A DNA stretch of 64,000 bases from a bacterium (GTDB lineage Bacteria; Bacillota; Negativicutes; Selenomonadales; Selenomonadaceae), in assembly GCA_963592185.1 (NCBI GenBank), contig CAVAVT010000004.1, forward strand, positions 15-64,014, given 5' to 3'. Each line of letters starts with the position of its first letter. The first letter of the stretch is position 1. Of this stretch, positions 21,601 to 30,757 are shown piece by piece. The notes below the pieces were generated by a model. The model was not told the origin of the DNA. It did no database searches and was given only the letters and a program-made list of their open reading frames with translations. A program made the position numbers and the translations under genes.

Positions 21601-22026
21601 TATGCCCTTGTGGTACTTTCGTAAAAGCTCCTTGTCAACACGGGGCTTGTAATACATTCCCTCAATATTTGCCAGGGATACAAGCTTCACAAGATTTCTG
21701 TATCCTTCATTATTTTCAGCCAGCAGTATTAGGTGGTAATACCTAGTTCCATTCACTTCAAAATTATCGTGTCGTGAGGCTGGAGCGAGATAAACCTCGC
21801 AGCCAATGATTGGGCGGATGCCCTCCTTTACCGCAGCCTTGTAAAAATCTATAACTCCGTACATATTGCCATGGTCCGTTATTGCCACAGAATCCATTCC
21901 CATGGCCTTTACCTGCTGGATCAGCGGTTTTATCCTGTTAGCACCATCCAGCAGACTGTACTCAGTATGAACATGCAGGTGGGCAAAGGGAATATTGCCC
22001 TGATTTACAGTTTCCATATTCTTCAT
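18601..22026 (-). CDS. dnaE: DNA polymerase III alpha subunit, DnaE type
   Basis: PHP 'FAHLHVHTEYSLLDG', palm/fingers and an OB fold. The ATG at 22026 (MKNMETVNQG...) is preferred. The 40-aa upstream extension of the raw ORF looks non-coding. Confidence 0.95.
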   Translation of the reverse strand: MKNMETVNQGNIPFAHLHVHTEYSLLDGANRIKPLIQQVKAMGMDSVAITDHGNMYGVIDFYKAAVKEGIRPIIGCEVYLAPASRHDNFEVNGTRYYHLILLAENNEGYRNLVKLVSLANIEGMYYKPRVDKELLRKYHKGIICLSACIAGEVPQMLLRDNPEGAALAVEEYIDIFGRENFFIEIQKHGLPEEEKASQGLIELAEKYDVGLVVTNDAHYLKREDSEFHEVLLCIQTGRTMNDSDRMRFNSDDYYVKSPDEMAKLFPEHPEALANTQKIAERCNVTFDFNSRHLPNFPLPEGMTDEMYLRKLCEEKIADRYEEITPEIRKRLDYELGIIHRMGFDSYFLIVWDFINYSRSVGIAVGPGRGSAAGSIVAYVLGITDIDPLKYALLFERFLNPERVTMPDIDVDFCYIRRGEVIEYVKRRYGEDHVAQIVTFGTMAAKGAIRDVGRALDMPYNDVDRVAKLIPSELGMTLDKALKGSSEFRTAYEGSPDVKRLVDLARAVEGLPRHSSTHAAGVVIARDPLTEYLPVQVSDGTLVTQYDKDHVEELGLLKMDFLGLRTLTVLSDCVKNIKQSRGLDIDLSKIPLEDSETSKMLCEGRTGAVFQMESQGMTNLVKDLRPKGFTDLIPTVALYRPGPLGSGMVTDFIDGLHGKKTVTYMHPLLEPILKETYGVVLYQEQVMQIVQVLAGFSLGQADLLRRAMGKKKHEILMAQKENFLKGTKENGIDDELANKIFDLLTHFADYGFNKSHSAAYAYVAWQTAYLKAHYPQEFMAAMLTSVMDTNGKVAVYIEQCRRMGIKILPPDINASSASFSVDGDAVRFGLAAIKNVGEAAIEKMEQTRKDGGPFKSLSDFCNRADMHTMNKRVVENLIKCGAFDSLGAKRTQLLAVLPQAVDAAALVQKDAASGQIGLFTEDTMGTADDIVLPDIPEADTATRLEWEKEITGFYITGHPLDDYADIIRNFTPISELLEGKLPDRKRVRIGGLLASARRTSTKKGDTMCFAVLEDFTHSIEVIVFPKVFYEHVNALVPDTALMIEGRVDNTDDGAKLIAEKVCPLESYQPEVYIEIRGEKANKENYDELKKIFYAHHGDRTVYLHMVEKRQLVKTQPEYWIDGCDEAVAALENLLGKGTVRQL

Positions 22027-22097
22027 TACCCCTTTCAGCAGACAGATAATATAAGTATAACATTTTACAGCCCTATGTGCGATAGTCTCTGCCATAT

Positions 22098-22138
22098 AAA
22101 AAAGACAGGAGCACGGCACTGAGTACCAATCTCCTGTC
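22098..22138 (-). terminator. Rho-independent terminator of rnj
   Basis: GACAGGAG/CTCCTGTC stem followed by a U-run on the minus strand. Confidence 0.75.
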
Positions 22139-22155
22139 TTCTTCACGAAGGCAAA

Positions 22156-23820
22156 TCAAACCTCCATAATAATCGGTAAAATCATCGGACGGCGGCGAGT
22201 CTTCTCAAAGAGATATCTTCCCAAAGCGTCACGAACATTGGACTTGATGGCAGCCCATTCTGTTATGTTGTTTTCCTCACAACGCTCCAATGCTGCACAG
22301 ACTCTTTCCTTAGCCTCGTCCATAAGCTCCTCGGATTCACGAACATACACGAATCCTCTGGATACTATATCAGGACCGGCAACAATGTGCCCGGAGGATT
22401 TTTCCATGGTCATTACTATGATGAGTATACCATCCTGCGAAAGCTGTCTGCGATCTCTAAGAACGATATTTCCAACATCGCCTACACCAAGACCGTCAAC
22501 CAAAACACGTCCGCTGGTAACTTTTCCAGCTATATTGCCTTTTTCCCGGGTAAATTCCAATACCTGTCCGTTTTCAGCAATGAAAACATTTTCCTTGGGC
22601 ATTCCAAGGTCAGTTGCCAGCTTGGCATGTTTTACAAGCATTCTGTATTCACCATGTACAGGAATAAAGAACTTAGGACGAACCAGGTTATGCATGAGCT
22701 TAAGTTCCTCCTGGCTTGCATGTCCTGACACATGGATTCCGTTTCCACGACCGTATACTACGTTTGCACCGAGCTTCAAGAGATTATCTACAGTCCTTGA
22801 AACAAGCTTTTCATTACCCGGAATAGGAGTTGCTGAAATAATAACCGTATCTCCCGGAACAATAGTTACCTTCCGGTGATCCGAAGTAGCCATACGGGTC
22901 AGTGCAGACATTGGCTCTCCCTGGCTTCCGGTGGTAACAATCACCACACGGTCCATTGGGAAGTTATTAGTTTCATCAATATCGATGATTGTCCCCTCTG
23001 GAGCATGTATATATCCAAGCTCCAAAGAAATATTTACAACATTAATCATGCTGCGTCCAAGCACAGCCACCTTGCGGCGGTATCTGACAGCGGTGTCAAT
23101 GACCTGCTGTATTCTTGATACATTTGAAGAAAATGTTGCAATAATGATTCTTCCACGGGCATTATGGAAGGATTTTTCAAATGCGGCTCCAACAGTACGC
23201 TCACTTGGGGTATGTCCCTCACGTTCAGCATTTGTACTGTCCGCCATCATCACAAGTACGCCCTTGTTGCCCAGCTCGGAAAACCTGCGGAAATCCGTCA
23301 TTTTGCCGTCAACAGGAGTGTAGTCAAGCTTAAAGTCACCAGTATGAACAATCATACCTACAGGTGTTTTAATAGAAAGACCTACAGCATCAGGAATACT
23401 GTGATTTACACGAATAAAGCCAACACTAAAACATCCCGCATTAATTATATCGCCCTGCATTACGGGATGGAGATTACTGGAATCAACATGATTCTCCTGC
23501 AATCTTCCCTCAAGGATACCCAAAGTCAGTCTTGTGCCATACACAGGAACATTCATCTGCTTGAGAACAAACGGCAGTGCGCCGATATGGTCCTCGTGTC
23601 CGTGGGTAAGCACAATAGCCTTGACCTTGTCCTTATTTTCCAGCAAATACGTAATATCCGGAATAACAAGATCTATTCCAAGCATATCCTCATTTGGGAA
23701 CATAAGGCCGGCATCAATCAGAAGAATTTCGTCGTCAACACGGATGACGGTCATGTTCTTACCAATCTCGCCCAAGCCGCCCAGAGGGATTATTTGTAAC
23801 TTTTGTGGTCCCTTTGCCAA
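22156..23820 (-). CDS. rnj: Ribonuclease J
   Basis: Metallo-beta-lactamase motif 'HGHEDHIG', beta-CASP region and C-terminal domain. 554 aa. Confidence 0.95.
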   Translation of the reverse strand: MAKGPQKLQIIPLGGLGEIGKNMTVIRVDDEILLIDAGLMFPNEDMLGIDLVIPDITYLLENKDKVKAIVLTHGHEDHIGALPFVLKQMNVPVYGTRLTLGILEGRLQENHVDSSNLHPVMQGDIINAGCFSVGFIRVNHSIPDAVGLSIKTPVGMIVHTGDFKLDYTPVDGKMTDFRRFSELGNKGVLVMMADSTNAEREGHTPSERTVGAAFEKSFHNARGRIIIATFSSNVSRIQQVIDTAVRYRRKVAVLGRSMINVVNISLELGYIHAPEGTIIDIDETNNFPMDRVVIVTTGSQGEPMSALTRMATSDHRKVTIVPGDTVIISATPIPGNEKLVSRTVDNLLKLGANVVYGRGNGIHVSGHASQEELKLMHNLVRPKFFIPVHGEYRMLVKHAKLATDLGMPKENVFIAENGQVLEFTREKGNIAGKVTSGRVLVDGLGVGDVGNIVLRDRRQLSQDGILIIVMTMEKSSGHIVAGPDIVSRGFVYVRESEELMDEAKERVCAALERCEENNITEWAAIKSNVRDALGRYLFEKTRRRPMILPIIMEV

Positions 23821-23959
23821 AAAATTACACCTCCAATATTATATTTTTTAAATTAATAATCTAAGTCCGAACCGTACAATTAGAAAAAATACAAGAAAAA
23901 TCGACCGTTCTGCTCATTAATTTTTATTATATAACCCTACTGCCATAAATGTAAAGGCA

Positions 23960-25336
23960 TTATTTACTGAAGAACATAGCGTAATAGCCATTAAAGAAAA
24001 TATAAAGAACAATTACAGGCAGTATGAATGTAGCATAGAAACGAATCCATTTTGGGAATGCAAGACCCGCACCAGTATCGGCCTCCTTAATGAATGCATT
24101 CCAGCCCCAGCCATACTTGCTCATGCAGAATGCCAAATATACAAGGCTTCCCAATGGCAGAAGATTGTAACTTACGATAAAGTCCTCCAAATCCAGAATT
24201 CCAGAGCTTCCGCCAAATGGATGTACCCAGCTCAGAACATTGAAGCTCAGTGCGCAGGGCAGGGAAAGAAGGAACATGATAGGAATACCCCATCTAATTA
24301 CCTTTTTACGGTCACAATTCAAAAGCTCGCTGAAGCAGCAGATGATATTTTCAAATACCGCAATAATGGTGGACAAGGATGCGAACAGCATGAACAGGAA
24401 GAACAGACTTCCCCAAAACTGTCCCCACATCATATTGTTAAATACGTTAGGCAGAGTCACAAAGAGAAGGTTCGGACCGCTGTCAGGGCTTACACCATAG
24501 CTGAAACATGCCGGGAAAATAATAAGTCCTGCCATAATTGCCACAAAGGTATCGAGACAAATTACCCATATTGCTTCTCCGGTAAGGCGCTTTTCCTTGC
24601 CGATGTAGCTGCCAAATATTGCAAGCGCACCAATTCCCAAGGACAGTGTGAAAAATGCCTGGCTCATTGCCGCAAAAATTACTTCATTCCATCCAAATTC
24701 AGCCAGCTTGGAAAAATCAGGATAAATATAATAGCTAAGACCAATTTCGCTGTTTGGAAGAAGAACAGAATTAACCGCCAATACCATCATGAGAAGAATA
24801 AGGCATACCATCATAGTCTTTGTGATTCTTTCTACGCCGGATTTTACCCCCAGATAGCACACTCCGGCACCAATCAGGACTATTGCAGCCATATATCCAA
24901 CCAAAGTAACAGGATCAGACAAAAGCTCTCCAAATACGCCTCCTACACCGGCTGCATCCAGACCGCTCAGTCCTCCAGAGGCTGTTTTATAGCAGTAGTA
25001 CAGCATCCAGCCAGAAACAGTGGTATAGAACATCATGAGGCACATGTTGCCAGCAATAGCACCATACTTATAAAGATGCCATTTAGTACCCTTTGGCTCC
25101 AGCACATCAAATGAACGTGCAGGACTTTTCTGGCTTGCACGGCCAACAGCAAATTCTGACACCATAATCGGCAGACCTAAAATAGCCAAAAACACCAAAT
25201 AAATCAGTACAAAGGCTGCACCTCCGTACTGTCCGGTAATATATGGAAATCTCCATACATTTCCAAGTCCAATGGCACATCCTGCAGAAACCAGAATGAA
25301 ACCCAATCGGGAAGAAAAACTTCCTCTTTCCATCAT
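23960..25336 (-). CDS. Sodium-dependent transporter, SNF (neurotransmitter:sodium symporter) family
   Basis: 'GLGNVWRFPY' signature. About 12 TM. Confidence 0.9.
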   Translation of the reverse strand: MMERGSFSSRLGFILVSAGCAIGLGNVWRFPYITGQYGGAAFVLIYLVFLAILGLPIMVSEFAVGRASQKSPARSFDVLEPKGTKWHLYKYGAIAGNMCLMMFYTTVSGWMLYYCYKTASGGLSGLDAAGVGGVFGELLSDPVTLVGYMAAIVLIGAGVCYLGVKSGVERITKTMMVCLILLMMVLAVNSVLLPNSEIGLSYYIYPDFSKLAEFGWNEVIFAAMSQAFFTLSLGIGALAIFGSYIGKEKRLTGEAIWVICLDTFVAIMAGLIIFPACFSYGVSPDSGPNLLFVTLPNVFNNMMWGQFWGSLFFLFMLFASLSTIIAVFENIICCFSELLNCDRKKVIRWGIPIMFLLSLPCALSFNVLSWVHPFGGSSGILDLEDFIVSYNLLPLGSLVYLAFCMSKYGWGWNAFIKEADTGAGLAFPKWIRFYATFILPVIVLYIFFNGYYAMFFSK

Positions 25337-25453
25337 AAAACTTCCTTTCAGAATAAAGTTAAAATAAATACCAGCAATCCGAACCTAAAATAGTCGCATT
25401 AATAATTTTATAATATATCTTTCTATAATGTCAATCTTGCGTAGATAACAAAA

Positions 25454-25484
25454 CGCTGCCACAATCCTTGGATTATGACAGCGT
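25454..25484 (-). terminator. Probable terminator of the 3D-domain gene
   Basis: CGCTGTCA/TGGCAGCG imperfect stem followed by TTTTGTT on the minus strand. Confidence 0.5.
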
Positions 25485-25489
25485 GAAAA

Positions 25490-26140
25490 TCAATTTAATA
25501 CGTAAATCTCAAGAACCTGACGGCCAAATGCCAGTGCTTCTTCATGGGTATCAAAGGCAACATCTATGGTATTGCCCTGCACTCCCCATCCAATATCCTC
25601 AGCAACAGCCTCGCCATAGTTAGGAATATATACATGGGTCCCAATAGGAATAAATGAAGGATCCACCGCAATAACGCCATGACGTACCGGTGTTCCCGAT
25701 GCTGTATGGGCGGAATTCCCCGGATCTTGCGCACTGTATGCTGTAGCTTCAACTGTGATAATCTGACCGTGTGTAGGAGCAACAGGCATTGCAGGGGGTT
25801 CCTGTCCTCCACTGAGCTGTTTATAGGTTTCTGGTCCGCAAACTCCATCTACCTTCAGCTTATTCATCTCCTGGAATCTCTTTATAGCACTTACGGTTTT
25901 AGGACCGCATATGCCGTCTGCTGTATCCTTCAGATATCCCTGGTCAATGAGAAAGGTCTGAACTTTCTTCACATGGTCCCCACGCATCCCCTGCTTTACA
26001 GCAAATCCAGAGGCGAAGGCTGACAGGCTCATGCACAACATGACACAAAATGTTAAAAGGGAAATAATCAATAATCTAGGTTTCTTATTCTTCGAATCCA
26101 ACAATAAAACCACTCCTTTGTTGTTTTTGAGAATAACCAT
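25490..26140 (-). CDS. Secreted 3D domain-containing protein with a peptidoglycan-binding (PG_binding_1) domain
   Basis: 'GDHVKKVQTFLIDQGYL...DGICGPKTVSAIKRFQ' is a PG-binding repeat. C-terminal 'TASGTPVRHGVIAVDPSFIPIGT...VAEDIG' is a 3D domain. The start is set at the ATG at 26140, ahead of the signal peptide. The raw ORF extension overlaps trmD. Confidence 0.75.
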   Translation of the reverse strand: MVILKNNKGVVLLLDSKNKKPRLLIISLLTFCVMLCMSLSAFASGFAVKQGMRGDHVKKVQTFLIDQGYLKDTADGICGPKTVSAIKRFQEMNKLKVDGVCGPETYKQLSGGQEPPAMPVAPTHGQIITVEATAYSAQDPGNSAHTASGTPVRHGVIAVDPSFIPIGTHVYIPNYGEAVAEDIGWGVQGNTIDVAFDTHEEALAFGRQVLEIYVLN

Positions 26141-26255
26141 AATATTGAATATATTATATATGCATATAATAATTGAGTCAAAAATTATACAATAATACAA
26201 AATCCGCCTGGAATATTCCAAGCGGATTTTTAGTCCAATGCAAAAGCAGCATATT

Positions 26256-27059
26256 TTATTTTTGCGCCATTTCGGCTCTAATTTCATCCAGAAGTTTTCT
26301 ATCTTCCTTGTCCAAGTCCCTATTGAGCCATTTTTCAAAAAGATCAGGTCTGTATTTCATAGTACGCATCAATGACTGCTTTCTACGCCATCGGCGTATT
26401 TTTGCATGATCCCCGTTGCACAGAACCTCCGGCACCTGCAACCCCTGGAAATCTCTAGGACGGGTGTACTGTGGAAACTCAAGCAGCCCATCGTAAAAGG
26501 AATCTGTAGGGGCGGATTCCTCCGAACCCAATACCCCGGGCAGCATCCTGGATACAGCATCAATAATAACCATTGCCGGAAGCTCTCCCCCTGTAAGGAC
26601 AAAATCTCCAATGGAAATGGCTTCATCAGCAATATTATCGCTTATTCTGGCATCAAAGCCTTCATAATGGCCGCAGATAAAGATGAGCTGGTCATACCCA
26701 GCAAGCTCCTTGGCCTTTTCCTGGGTAAAGACCGCCCCACCTGGATCCATTAAAAGTACCTTGCGCTTAGGATTTTCTGGAACAGGTTGTGGAATCTCCG
26801 GACACATTTCCACCTTCGGCTCCGAATCTCCATTTTTTACAGCCTCTATAGCAAGAAAAAGCGGCTCAGGCTTTAACACCATGCCGCTTCCCCCTCCAAA
26901 TGGAGTGTCGTCCACCTTATGATGCTTATCAAAGGCGAAATCTCTGAAATCCGTTATATGGATATCCAGTATTCCATTTTCCACAGCGCGTTTAGTTATG
27001 CTATCTCCAAAGGGTCCATTAAACATTTCTGGAAAAAGAGACAGGACATCTATGCGCAT
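26256..27059 (-). CDS. trmD: tRNA (guanine37-N1)-methyltransferase TrmD
   Basis: 'MRIDVLSLFPEMF' N-terminus and 'ICGHYEGFDARI' motif. Confidence 0.95.
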   Translation of the reverse strand: MRIDVLSLFPEMFNGPFGDSITKRAVENGILDIHITDFRDFAFDKHHKVDDTPFGGGSGMVLKPEPLFLAIEAVKNGDSEPKVEMCPEIPQPVPENPKRKVLLMDPGGAVFTQEKAKELAGYDQLIFICGHYEGFDARISDNIADEAISIGDFVLTGGELPAMVIIDAVSRMLPGVLGSEESAPTDSFYDGLLEFPQYTRPRDFQGLQVPEVLCNGDHAKIRRWRRKQSLMRTMKYRPDLFEKWLNRDLDKEDRKLLDEIRAEMAQK

Positions 27060-27580
27060 CAGACTTCCTCCATTTGATTCATATCAATCACCATACGGGA
27101 GCCGGGAACATCAATTTCCTTTACCACCTTTTTCAGTGCCGGAACCATAAGATCCGGAGAATCTGCCCTTTTCACCGCATACACATCATTGCTGCCGGTT
27201 TTCAGTACATTGGTTACTTTGCCAAGGGCATTGCCCTCAGTATCAAATACCTCAAGGCCAATAATATCGAAGGTATAGTATTCCCCCTCTGGCAGAGGAG
27301 CCGCCATTGACCTGTCGATGGTAAGCATTTTTCCCGTAAGCCTTGCAGCCTCTTCACGTACAGTATACTGCTTAAAATGGAGAATTACGAACTGCTTATG
27401 ATATTTGACGGAATCTATATCCAGAAGCTCCTCCCCCACATAAACCTGTGAAAGGGACTCAAATCTATCAGGAAAATCAGTCAGAGGGGTGACACGAATA
27501 TCACCCCTGATACCATGAACAGCACCTGCACGGCCTATTACGATTCTGTTATCAGCTGCGGATTGCAATGATTTTGTCAT
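27059..27580 (-). CDS. rimM: 16S rRNA processing protein RimM
   Basis: 'GRAGAVHGIRGDIRV' N-terminal beta-barrel and a PRC barrel at the C-terminus. The start is uncertain (ATG 27580 or TTG 27586). Confidence 0.9.
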   Translation of the reverse strand: MTKSLQSAADNRIVIGRAGAVHGIRGDIRVTPLTDFPDRFESLSQVYVGEELLDIDSVKYHKQFVILHFKQYTVREEAARLTGKMLTIDRSMAAPLPEGEYYTFDIIGLEVFDTEGNALGKVTNVLKTGSNDVYAVKRADSPDLMVPALKKVVKEIDVPGSRMVIDMNQMEEV

Positions 27581-27959
27581 CTTCAACCAGCACTTCTACA
27601 TTCATAATCTCACGGATGTTGTCGCCAACCTTAATCTCAGCAACACGCTCGAGAGTACCGTCCATAAGCTCTGCACCGTCAACGAGCTTCTGAAGCTCTT
27701 CAATCTTTGCCTGAGCTTCCTGCTTGAACTCAAGACGCTGCTGACGTTCAACACCAAAGTGATGATGAATCATATCCAGCTCCTGAACATTCTCAGGTGC
27801 AGTCTCATTTACAGCACGGTTCTCCTGGATATCAATCTGCTGTAGCTCCAGGTCAACCTGCTGAAGGCGGCTCTGAATCTCACCGATACGGCGCTCACGA
27901 ACCTTCTCAGTGAGCTTAGTCTTAATGGTTACAGGAACCTTTATCTGTATGCTATCCAT
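27552..27959 (-). CDS. ylqD: YlqD family protein
   Basis: It occupies the position between the KH protein and rimM as in Bacillus and is coiled-coil rich. The ATG at 27959 is preferred over the upstream extension. Confidence 0.65.
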   Translation of the reverse strand: MDSIQIKVPVTIKTKLTEKVRERRIGEIQSRLQQVDLELQQIDIQENRAVNETAPENVQELDMIHHHFGVERQQRLEFKQEAQAKIEELQKLVDGAELMDGTLERVAEIKVGDNIREIMNVEVLVEDDKIIAIRS

Positions 27960-28051
27960 AATACACGACCTCTCTAAAAATTTGAAAAAGAAGTATTCTG
28001 CTGCAGGATACAGAAAATGCGGCAATCCCACAATGGGTATTGCCGCAATTC

Positions 28052-28279
28052 TCAGATGATCTCAACAGTGACCTTCTTGTTCTCACGGGCAGCAGCAGCC
28101 TTGACAACAGCACGCATAGCTTTAGCTATACGTCCCTGCTTGCCAATAACTTTACCCATGTCATCCGTTGCTACATGAAGCTCGTAGACAATCATACGAT
28201 CCTCCTGCTTTTCGTTTACAACGACCTGCTCCGGATGATCAACAAGTGATTTTGCGATAACTTCAACAATATGTTTCAT
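28052..28279 (-). CDS. KH domain-containing RNA-binding protein (YlqC family)
   Basis: 'DDMGKVIGKQGRIAKAMR' GxxG KH motif. 75 aa, located downstream of rpsP. Confidence 0.85.
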   Translation of the reverse strand: MKHIVEVIAKSLVDHPEQVVVNEKQEDRMIVYELHVATDDMGKVIGKQGRIAKAMRAVVKAAAARENKKVTVEII

Positions 28280-28311
28280 GCTGATGCCTCTTTCGAAATC
28301 CAGTAACTGAC

Positions 28312-28587
28312 TTAGTTCTTGGAATGCTTCTCAGCATCAAACTTAGCCATGATTCCCTGCTTGGAGAACAAAGAGCGTACAGTATCAGTAGGCTGTGCTC
28401 CCTTATTCATCCAGGAAAGAGCCTTCTCCTCGTCGATGTTAACGATTGCAGGCTCCTTAGTGGAGTCATAGTTGCCGATGATCTCGATGAAGCGGCCATC
28501 ACGCGGTGCGCGGGAATCAGCTACAACAATACGATAGAAAGGGTTCTTCTTAGCACCCATACGGTTCAAACGAATTTTAACTGCCAT
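28312..28587 (-). CDS. rpsP: 30S ribosomal protein S16
   Basis: '[35 protein letters not shown]'. Confidence 0.95.
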   Translation of the reverse strand: MAVKIRLNRMGAKKNPFYRIVVADSRAPRDGRFIEIIGNYDSTKEPAIVNIDEEKALSWMNKGAQPTDTVRSLFSKQGIMAKFDAEKHSKN

Positions 28588-28663
28588 TGAAAATTCACCT
28601 CCTTGAAATACTATGGGCTTTCGCCCTATGTATCAAACGGGATAACCCGTGAAACATCAATTT

Positions 28664-30037
28664 TTATCGCATAAATGGGAATTTCATGCCGCCAAGAGCT
28701 CCAAGACCGGGGAAACCGCCCTTTCCACCCTTCATGTTTTTCATCTTCTTCATCATCTTGCGCATCTCAGTAAACTGCTTTAAGAGCTTGTTTACATCCT
28801 GCACTCTGGTGCCGCTTCCCATTGCAATACGCTTGCGGCGGCTTCCATTGATGATGGAAACATCAGCTCTTTCCTTAGCGGTCATGCTTGTGATGATTGC
28901 TTCAATGTGTTTGAATTCCTTGCTGTTGAAATCCATATCCACATCGCCAAGCTTCTTCTTGAGACCGCCCATACCAGGAATCATCCCAAGAATGGTCTCA
29001 AAGGATCCAAGCTTTTTCATCTGATTCATCTGGGAAAGGAAATCATCCAAAGTGAAATCAGCCTTGCGGAGCTTTTTTTCCATCTTCTTTGCTTCATCAG
29101 CATCGAAGCTTTCCTGTGCCTTTTCTATAAGGGAAAGCACATCTCCCATACCGAGGATTCTTGATGCCATACGGTCCGGATAAAAAGGCTCCAAAGGCTC
29201 CAGCTTCTCGCCCATACCCACAAACTTAATTGGGCATCCGGTAACAGCCTTGATGGAAAGTGCTGCACCGCCACGGGCATCGCCATCCATCTTGGTAAGG
29301 ATAACGCCGTCAAGTCCCAGGTCATTATTGAAGCTCCCAGCAACATTCACAGCGTCCTGTCCAGTCATGGCATCAACAACAAGAAGAATTTCATGTGGAT
29401 GAACCTCAGATTTTATATCCTTAAGTTCCTGCATCAGTTCTTCATTTATCTGAAGACGACCGGCTGTATCGATGATTATTACATCATTGGCGTGAGACAC
29501 AGAATGTGCCACAGCCTCCTTGGCAATTGTAACAGCATCTGTACCCTCCGGCATGGAGAATACCGGGATATCAAGCTGTGAACCAAGCACCTGCAGCTGC
29601 TTTACTGCAGCCGGACGGTATATATCATCTGCAACCAGAAGCGGACGTTTGCCCTGCTTCTTCAATGCAAGACCAAGCTTTCCTGCAGAAGTCGTCTTAC
29701 CTGCACCCTGAAGACCTACCATCATTATTATAGTAGGCGGCTGGGGGGACATGTTGATCCTGCTCTGGGTCCCACCCATGAGAGCGGTAAGCTCCTCATT
29801 AACTATCTTTATAACAACCTGTGCAGGTGTCAGCGACTCCAGCACATCCTGACCAATTGCCCTTTCCTTTACCTTGTTGATAAATTCCTTGACAACCTTG
29901 AAATTTACGTCAGCTTCCAGGAGTGCCATTCTGACATCACGCATGGCCTGATTTACATCATCTTCAGTAAGTCTTCCATGCCCACGAAGCTTTTTAAAGG
30001 TATCCTGTAAGCGGTCCGCCAAGCCTTCAAAAATCAA
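28664..30037 (-). CDS. ffh: Signal recognition particle protein Ffh
   Basis: NG domain 'GLQGAGKTT' and 'DTAGR'. Met-rich M domain. Confidence 0.95.
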   Translation of the reverse strand: MIFEGLADRLQDTFKKLRGHGRLTEDDVNQAMRDVRMALLEADVNFKVVKEFINKVKERAIGQDVLESLTPAQVVIKIVNEELTALMGGTQSRINMSPQPPTIIMMVGLQGAGKTTSAGKLGLALKKQGKRPLLVADDIYRPAAVKQLQVLGSQLDIPVFSMPEGTDAVTIAKEAVAHSVSHANDVIIIDTAGRLQINEELMQELKDIKSEVHPHEILLVVDAMTGQDAVNVAGSFNNDLGLDGVILTKMDGDARGGAALSIKAVTGCPIKFVGMGEKLEPLEPFYPDRMASRILGMGDVLSLIEKAQESFDADEAKKMEKKLRKADFTLDDFLSQMNQMKKLGSFETILGMIPGMGGLKKKLGDVDMDFNSKEFKHIEAIITSMTAKERADVSIINGSRRKRIAMGSGTRVQDVNKLLKQFTEMRKMMKKMKNMKGGKGGFPGLGALGGMKFPFMR

Positions 30038-30039
30038 TG

Positions 30040-30402
30040 TTAACCCTCCCGAGCTTGTCCATAAATATTGTCAAGCTGCTCAATTATTATAGTCACAGCT
30101 GTGTCATTTTTCCCATCACGCAACTTTTCGATGGCATCCACAGCTATTTTTATCTGTTCTTTTTTCTTTTCACGCCGGGCTAAAATCCCCAGCTTCTTCT
30201 CATAATTTTCCAGTGCTTCACGGGATCTGTGCAGCATGTCGTACACAGCCTGTCTGGAAATTCCCAGCTCCTCGCCGATTTCTGAGAGTGAAAAGTCTTC
30301 AAACAAATGCATAGAAAGGCATTTCTGCTGCTTTTCTGTAAGAAGCGGTCCATACAGATCGAAGAGGTCTGACATATGCAAAAGCTCTTCCAGCATACTC
30401 AA
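30040..30402 (-). CDS. ylxM: YlxM/UPF0122 putative DNA-binding protein (sigma-70 region-4-like HTH)
   Basis: 'YGPLLTEKQQKCLSMHLFEDFSLSEIGEELGISRQAVYD'. Lies immediately upstream of ffh. Confidence 0.85.
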   Translation of the reverse strand: MSMLEELLHMSDLFDLYGPLLTEKQQKCLSMHLFEDFSLSEIGEELGISRQAVYDMLHRSREALENYEKKLGILARREKKKEQIKIAVDAIEKLRDGKNDTAVTIIIEQLDNIYGQAREG

Positions 30403-30454
30403 TCACCTTTCAATAATACGTAAAGGCACACACCTTTACCCATCAACAAAAGCT

Positions 30455-30483
30455 ATTATATATAAGCTGTAAAGTTGTGTCAA
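30455..30483 (-). promoter_or_regulatory. Candidate sigma-A promoter of ylxM-ffh
   Basis: Minus strand TTGACA (30483-30478), 17 nt, TATAAT (30460-30455). Confidence 0.5.
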
Positions 30484-30623
30484 GTCTTTTTCCTTGTCAG
30501 CAATAAATATTTTTACACTATAAAGACAATAGATTTTTACAGATAGTAATATAACGAAAATGCATAGAAATAAGAAGTTACTGCATACCACGTATTTTTA
30601 TACTATTACGCCCGTAAACCCTA

Positions 30624-30652
30624 TTGCTATCAGCAAAATCGGGGGTTATAAT
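30624..30652 (+). promoter_or_regulatory. Candidate sigma-A promoter of the SSS transporter / GNAT operon
   Basis: TTGCTA (30624-30629), 17 nt, TATAAT (30647-30652). The -35 lies within a small palindrome TTGCTatcAGCAA. The leader is about 100 nt. Confidence 0.55.
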
Positions 30653-30757
30653 GTGTCATGACGTTAAGACAATATAGCAAAAACACGGGGACATCAGTGA
30701 AGATGAATTCATTGAAGGCCCTATTTTTATTGTCAATATTCAACTGGGGGTATATTA

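Noticed and set aside
22027-22146. An upstream extension of the dnaE ORF (MKKTGDWYSVPCSCLFY...).
   Set aside because: It overlaps the rnj terminator hairpin and has non-protein-like composition. The conserved DnaE N-terminus begins right after the ATG at 22026, which has an upstream purine-rich RBS.
26141-26338. A 66-aa N-terminal extension of the 3D-domain ORF, overlapping the 3' end of trmD.
   Set aside because: The extension is Ile/Cys/Tyr-rich nonsense preceding a normal signal peptide. The internal ATG at 26140 gives a sensible lipoprotein-like or secreted N-terminus and removes the overlap.
28588-28663. Two small hairpins (ACGGG-ttat-CCCGT and GGGC-GAAA-GCCC) between ffh and rpsP, considered as a possible attenuator or ncRNA.
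   Set aside because: The stems are very short and lack a U-tract. Most likely this is just spacer or mRNA-processing structure within the ffh-rpsP operon.
30653-30757. A possible riboswitch in the SSS transporter leader.
   Set aside because: It contains only a 10-nt palindrome (ATGAATTCAT) and no stable terminator or antiterminator. I could not recognise any consensus core of a known class.
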